Assembly: GCA_964567725.1 (NCBI GenBank)
Contig: CAZMNU010000001.1
Location: forward strand, 34,838 to 98,837
Reading direction: 5' to 3'
Source: an uncultured Desulfobulbus sp.
GTDB taxonomy: Bacteria; Desulfobacterota; Desulfobulbia; Desulfobulbales; Desulfobulbaceae
Length of the DNA stretch: 64,000 bases
The position numbers and the translations under genes were made by a program. Below, in pieces: positions 59,896-64,000 of this stretch. The notes under the pieces were generated by a model. The model saw nothing but the letters and a program-made list of their open reading frames with translations. It was not told where the DNA came from and made no database searches. How positions within the stretch are numbered: position 1 is the stretch's first letter; every line of letters begins with the position of its first letter.

Positions 59896-60918
59896 ATGTG
59901 CAGCACAGCGCAGACTGACCACCGGCCGCTGGCCGTGACCATGGGCTGCCCGGCGGGCATCGGCCCGGAGATTCTCTGCCGGCTGTTCAGCCGGGCCGAC
60001 ACCCTCCAGGGCGGCCCGGCCATCGTGGTCGGCGACCCGGGCATGCTCGGGCGGGTGGCCGAACACCTCGGCCTTGCCCTGGAACCGGTGAGCTGGCGGC
60101 CCGGCGACCCGGTGCGCCCCGGCACCCTGCCGGTGTTCCGGACCGGCACCCTGGACAGCCGTGCGGTTACCTGGGGCCGACCCGACGCGGTCACCGGTCG
60201 GGCCATGGCCGGCTGGATCGAGGCGGCGGTCCGCCTGACCCTGGACGGCATCTGCAGTGCCGTGGTCACCTGCCCGATCAGCAAACAGAGCCTGCGCGAG
60301 GCCGGTTACCCCTACCCCGGCCACACCGAGATGCTCGCGGCCCTGACCCATGCCCCGCGGGTGCGGATGATGATGGCCGGCGACCGGCTCAGGGTCGTGC
60401 TGGTCACCATCCATGAACCGCTCGCCCGGGTGAGCGGCCTGCTCACCGTGGACACGGTGCGCGACTGCATCGAGATGACCTCCGCCTCGCTCCGCCGGGA
60501 TTTTGGGGTGGCCACCCCGCGCATCGCCGTGGCCGCCTTCAACCCCCATGCCGGCGAGGGGGGGCTGTTCGGGGACGAGGAAGGGCGCATCATCCGGCCG
60601 GGGATGGCGGCCGCCGCCGATTGCGGCGAGATCAGCGGCCCCTGGCCGCCGGACACGGTGTTTCACCAGGCGGCCGCCGGCCGCTACGACGCGGTGATCG
60701 CCATGTACCACGACCAGGGGCTCATCCCCTTCAAGCTGCTCCACTTCCAGGACGGGGTCAACGTCACCCTCGGCCTGCCCATTGTCCGCACCTCGGTGGA
60801 CCACGGCACCGCCTACGACATCGCCGGCCAGGGGCAGGCCGACCCGTCCAGCCTGGCCGCGGCGGTCCGCCTGGCCCGGACCATGGTCGCCAACCGGGCG
60901 GCAGCGGCGGTTTCATGA
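59896..60918 (+). CDS. pdxA: 4-hydroxythreonine-4-phosphate dehydrogenase
   Basis: TMG.PAGIGPE, GHTE, NPHAGE, MYHDQGL, RTSVDHGTAYDIAG. Confidence 0.93.
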   Translation: MCSTAQTDHRPLAVTMGCPAGIGPEILCRLFSRADTLQGGPAIVVGDPGMLGRVAEHLGLALEPVSWRPGDPVRPGTLPVFRTGTLDSRAVTWGRPDAVTGRAMAGWIEAAVRLTLDGICSAVVTCPISKQSLREAGYPYPGHTEMLAALTHAPRVRMMMAGDRLRVVLVTIHEPLARVSGLLTVDTVRDCIEMTSASLRRDFGVATPRIAVAAFNPHAGEGGLFGDEEGRIIRPGMAAAADCGEISGPWPPDTVFHQAAAGRYDAVIAMYHDQGLIPFKLLHFQDGVNVTLGLPIVRTSVDHGTAYDIAGQGQADPSSLAAAVRLARTMVANRAAAAVS

Positions 60919-61535
60919 AGCGCGGCCTGCTCATCGCCTTCGAAGGCATCGACGGCACCGGCAAGTCCACCCAGCTGCCGCTCCTGGCCGACTGGCTGCG
61001 CGGGCAGGGGTGTGCGGTGGTCGAAACCAGGGAACCCACGGACGGTCCCTACGGCCGGGAAATCCGCGCCCTCTACCGGGACCGGTCGCGGGTGTCGCGC
61101 CAGCGCGAACTGGAACTGTTCGTGCTCGACCGGCGCCAGCATGTCACGGAGTGCATCCTGCCGGCACTCGAACAGGGCCGCATCGTGCTCACCGACCGCT
61201 ACTACTTCTCCACCGCCGCCTACCAGGGGGCGGGCGGCAGCGATGCGAACGCCATCTTCGCGGCCAACGCCTTTGCCCCGGAACCGGACCTGGTGCTGCT
61301 CCTGACCCTGCCGGTCGACGAGGGGGTGGCCCGCATCCGCGACCTGCGCGGCGAAACGCTCAATGATTTCGAGCAGCAGGAACAGCTGGAAAAGGTTGCC
61401 GCGCTCTTTGCATCCTTCCCCCATGATTGTATAGTGCGCATCCAGGCCGCCCGGCCGGTGGCAGCGGTGCAGGCCGCCATCCGCGAGGCGGTGCATCCTC
61501 TGCTCGTGCACAAGGGGTTTCCATGCGCTGGTTGA
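60915..61535 (+). CDS. tmk: thymidylate kinase
   Basis: FEGIDGTGKSTQ, TREP, DRY..S..AYQG. Confidence 0.95.
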   Translation: MKRGLLIAFEGIDGTGKSTQLPLLADWLRGQGCAVVETREPTDGPYGREIRALYRDRSRVSRQRELELFVLDRRQHVTECILPALEQGRIVLTDRYYFSTAAYQGAGGSDANAIFAANAFAPEPDLVLLLTLPVDEGVARIRDLRGETLNDFEQQEQLEKVAALFASFPHDCIVRIQAARPVAAVQAAIREAVHPLLVHKGFPCAG

Positions 61536-63277
61536 CCTTCCCGGCCCCGCTCCGCTTGCTCTCCCTCCTCGCCACCCTGTGGTTCTGCCTGTCGGCCTGC
61601 CAGCCGCCGGCACAAACGCCGGCCGCCGTCGTGCCACCGCCACCGCCGCCCGCTGCGGCCGGCGATGCGGACTATGCCTGCTCGTATTTTTATTTCCTCT
61701 GGGGCCGCCACGCCGAACTGCTGCTGCGCTTCGAGGAGGCGCTCGAGGCCTACGAGAACGCCCTGATCTGCGATCCAGAGGCCACCTACGTCAGCGAGAA
61801 GGTGCCGCTTTTGCTGCTCCGCCTGGAGCGCACCGACGAGGCGGGCCAATGGCTCGACCGCTACCTGCGCGAACACCCGGACAGCACCGGCATGCGCATG
61901 CTTTACGCCAAGGTGCTCACCCGGCAGGGGCAGAATGAGCAGGCCATGCACCAGTACCAGCTGATCAGCGACCGCAACCCGGACGACCCGGCCATCCTCC
62001 TGCTGCTCGCCGAGATGTACCTGGGCAACAAGCAGTACGACCGGGCCCGGACCGTGCTCGGCCGGGTGCTCGCCCTGGATCCGGCCTCCTATCCGGGACA
62101 CGTGCTCATGGCCCGGCTCGACCAGCTGGGCGAGCGCACCGACGAGGCGGCCGGGCATTACCGCCAGGCGCTTGCCCGCAACTGGTCGAGCGAGTTGCAG
62201 ATGGAGTTGGCCGAGCTGTTCATCAAGGCGAACCGCTACGACGAGGCCGTCGCCCTCTACCGGGACATCATCGCCCGCGAGGACCACAACGAGGCCGCCC
62301 GCATCGCCCTGGTGCATGTCTACCTGCTGCAGAAGAAGGACAGCCTGGCTCTGGACGAGCTCAAGAATCTCCGCGCCCTGGTCGATCAGCCGCAGCGGGT
62401 CGATCTGACCATTGCCCGCCTCTATGCCAAACAGAAGCATTTCGGCAAGGCCATTGCCATCACCGAGCAGATTCTCGCCCGGGAAAATCTGCCCGAGGCC
62501 CGCTTCTTTCTCGCGGTGCTCCACGCCCAGGGCAAAAACTACCGGCAGGCCCTGGACCAGATCCGCCGGATCGGCCGGGAGGCCGCCGAATATGCCGACG
62601 CCCTGAGCCTGGAGGTGCGTATCCTGCGCGAACAGGACCGGGTGGACGAGGCGGTGCAGCGCCTCGAGGAGAACCTCACCGCCACGGACGGGGTGCGCAA
62701 CCCCGAACTGTACACCATGCTCGCTGGCCTGCACCAGCAGGAGGGGCGGGACGAACTGACCCGCAGGGCCCTGCTGCGCGGGCTCGAGGAGTTTCCGGAG
62801 GACGAGAACCTGCTCTACGAGTACGGCCTGCTGCTCGAGAACGGTGGGGATCATGCCGGCGCCCTGCAGGTGATGCAGAAGATCATCGAACTCAAGCCCG
62901 ACCACGCCGCGGCCCTCAATTTCGTCGGTTACAGCTGGGCGGACGACAAGGTCCACCTGGACAAGGCGCTCGACTACATCCAGCGGGCCATCGAACTCAA
63001 GCCGGACAACGGCTACATCCGCGACAGCCTGGGCTGGGTTTATTTCCGGCTGGGCCGGATCGATGAGGCCATCAGGGAACTGGAGGCGGCGGTGCGGCTT
63101 TCGCCCGACGACCCGGCCATTCTCGAACACCTGGGCGATGTCTACCTGGAGGCCGGGCGGGAGCGGCAGGCCCTGGAGACCTACCGCAAGGCCCTGCAGC
63201 TCAAGCCGGAGAACGAGGCCGAGCAACAGCGGATCGAGGAAAAGGTGCGCATCATCGAGAAACAGGGGGGGCGGTGA
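61523..63277 (+). CDS. tetratricopeptide-repeat lipoprotein
   Basis: LSAC lipobox; multiple TPRs; C-terminal ALNFVGYSWAD...DSLGWVYF...EHLGDVY. Confidence 0.88.
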   Translation: MRWLTFPAPLRLLSLLATLWFCLSACQPPAQTPAAVVPPPPPPAAAGDADYACSYFYFLWGRHAELLLRFEEALEAYENALICDPEATYVSEKVPLLLLRLERTDEAGQWLDRYLREHPDSTGMRMLYAKVLTRQGQNEQAMHQYQLISDRNPDDPAILLLLAEMYLGNKQYDRARTVLGRVLALDPASYPGHVLMARLDQLGERTDEAAGHYRQALARNWSSELQMELAELFIKANRYDEAVALYRDIIAREDHNEAARIALVHVYLLQKKDSLALDELKNLRALVDQPQRVDLTIARLYAKQKHFGKAIAITEQILARENLPEARFFLAVLHAQGKNYRQALDQIRRIGREAAEYADALSLEVRILREQDRVDEAVQRLEENLTATDGVRNPELYTMLAGLHQQEGRDELTRRALLRGLEEFPEDENLLYEYGLLLENGGDHAGALQVMQKIIELKPDHAAALNFVGYSWADDKVHLDKALDYIQRAIELKPDNGYIRDSLGWVYFRLGRIDEAIRELEAAVRLSPDDPAILEHLGDVYLEAGRERQALETYRKALQLKPENEAEQQRIEEKVRIIEKQGGR

Positions 63278-64000
63278 CGGGCCGCCCACTGTGCGGGACC
63301 GTTGCGGCCGTGCTGGCCGCGCTGCTGCTCACCCTGGCCGGCTGCGCCACCCGGCTGCCGTCCACCGTGCCGCTCGCCCCGGACGAAGGGCAGGAAGCGG
63401 ACGCCCTGTTCACCACCTTTGTCACCAACTCCGTGCCGGCCGCCGTCGACGCGGACCTTCGCCTGAACTGGGACTTTCTCGGCAGCAAGGGCGGGGTGGC
63501 CGCGGTCCTGCAACTGCAGCGGCCGGCGCTGCTGCGCTTTGCCGTCAACGATCCCCTGGGCAGGCCCCTGATGCTTGCCGTCAGCGACGGCGCCTCCTTC
63601 ACCCTGGTGGACAATCGCCAGGGCCGGGCCTACCGGGGGAGCACCGATTCAAAATTTTGGCACAGTTACGTGCCCGACGCGGTGGCGGCCGAGGACCTGT
63701 TCGCCCTGCTGGGCGGCATGGCTCCGGAGGGAACGGGGCGTGTCACCGCTTCGGCGCGGGACAAGGAGGGGACGGGGTTCTGGTACGTGCTGGAGGCACC
63801 GGCCGGCGCGACCCGCCACCTCCTGCTCGACCGGAGGAGCGGGACGCTGCGCCGTCACCTGCTGGTGGACGACGGTACCCCGGTGCTGGACGTGGTCTAC
63901 AGCGGCACCGCCAACGCGGACCGCGCCGGCTACCGCTGGCCAAGGGAATTGCGCGTGACCGGCAGCGCCATCACCGGCACCCTGACCGTGCACATTGACA
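63274..64000 (+). CDS. LolB-like/DUF4292 lipoprotein (partial, runs off window end)
   Basis: GTG overlapping the TPR stop; LAGC lipobox; P..LRF.V.DPLGRPL...DG..F beta-rich pattern; absent from ORF track because no stop in window. Confidence 0.7.
   Translation, partial: MTGRPLCGTVAAVLAALLLTLAGCATRLPSTVPLAPDEGQEADALFTTFVTNSVPAAVDADLRLNWDFLGSKGGVAAVLQLQRPALLRFAVNDPLGRPLMLAVSDGASFTLVDNRQGRAYRGSTDSKFWHSYVPDAVAAEDLFALLGGMAPEGTGRVTASARDKEGTGFWYVLEAPAGATRHLLLDRRSGTLRRHLLVDDGTPVLDVVYSGTANADRAGYRWPRELRVTGSAITGTLTVHID

Overview
A GC-rich chromosomal window from a Desulfobacterota member. Gene content and protein style suggest Desulfobulbales/Desulfocapsaceae-like; this is inference only. It is almost entirely core genome. 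Housekeeping blocks: gltX-glnS, ispE-tRNA-Gln-prs-rplY-pth, carD-rluD-coaE-rho-rpmE-prfA-prmC-murA, pilRS, tatC, fba, xseB-ispA-dxs, xerC-hslVU, dnaE, ileS-lspA-fabD, and ffh-rpsP-khpA-rimM-trmD-rplS-rnhB-yraN-pdxA-tmk-TPR-lolB-like. Accessory genes: two PEGA lipoproteins with mtnA and a class II aldolase (DHAP shunt), a feo locus, a SAM hydrolase, a CsgG-like lipoprotein, an orphan motB-motA pair, and a Tat-exported PsrA/PhsA-like molybdoenzyme operon without a membrane subunit. I saw no mobile elements, prophage or CRISPR. The most notable observations are: (1) tatC is broken by a frameshift in a T9 tract; (2) a stand-alone TSCPD/NrdJb-like protein with an N-terminal Zn-ribbon is hidden inside a long antisense ORF; (3) the stator pair is in reversed order with no flagellar genes nearby; (4) the Mo-oxidoreductase operon lacks PsrC and its FeS subunit has an odd C-terminal tail; (5) a DtxR/SirR-type operator overlaps the feo promoter; (6) a sigma70 promoter is encoded inside ispE; (7) rho has a C-rich leader. 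All calls are by-eye motif recognition; no searches were run.
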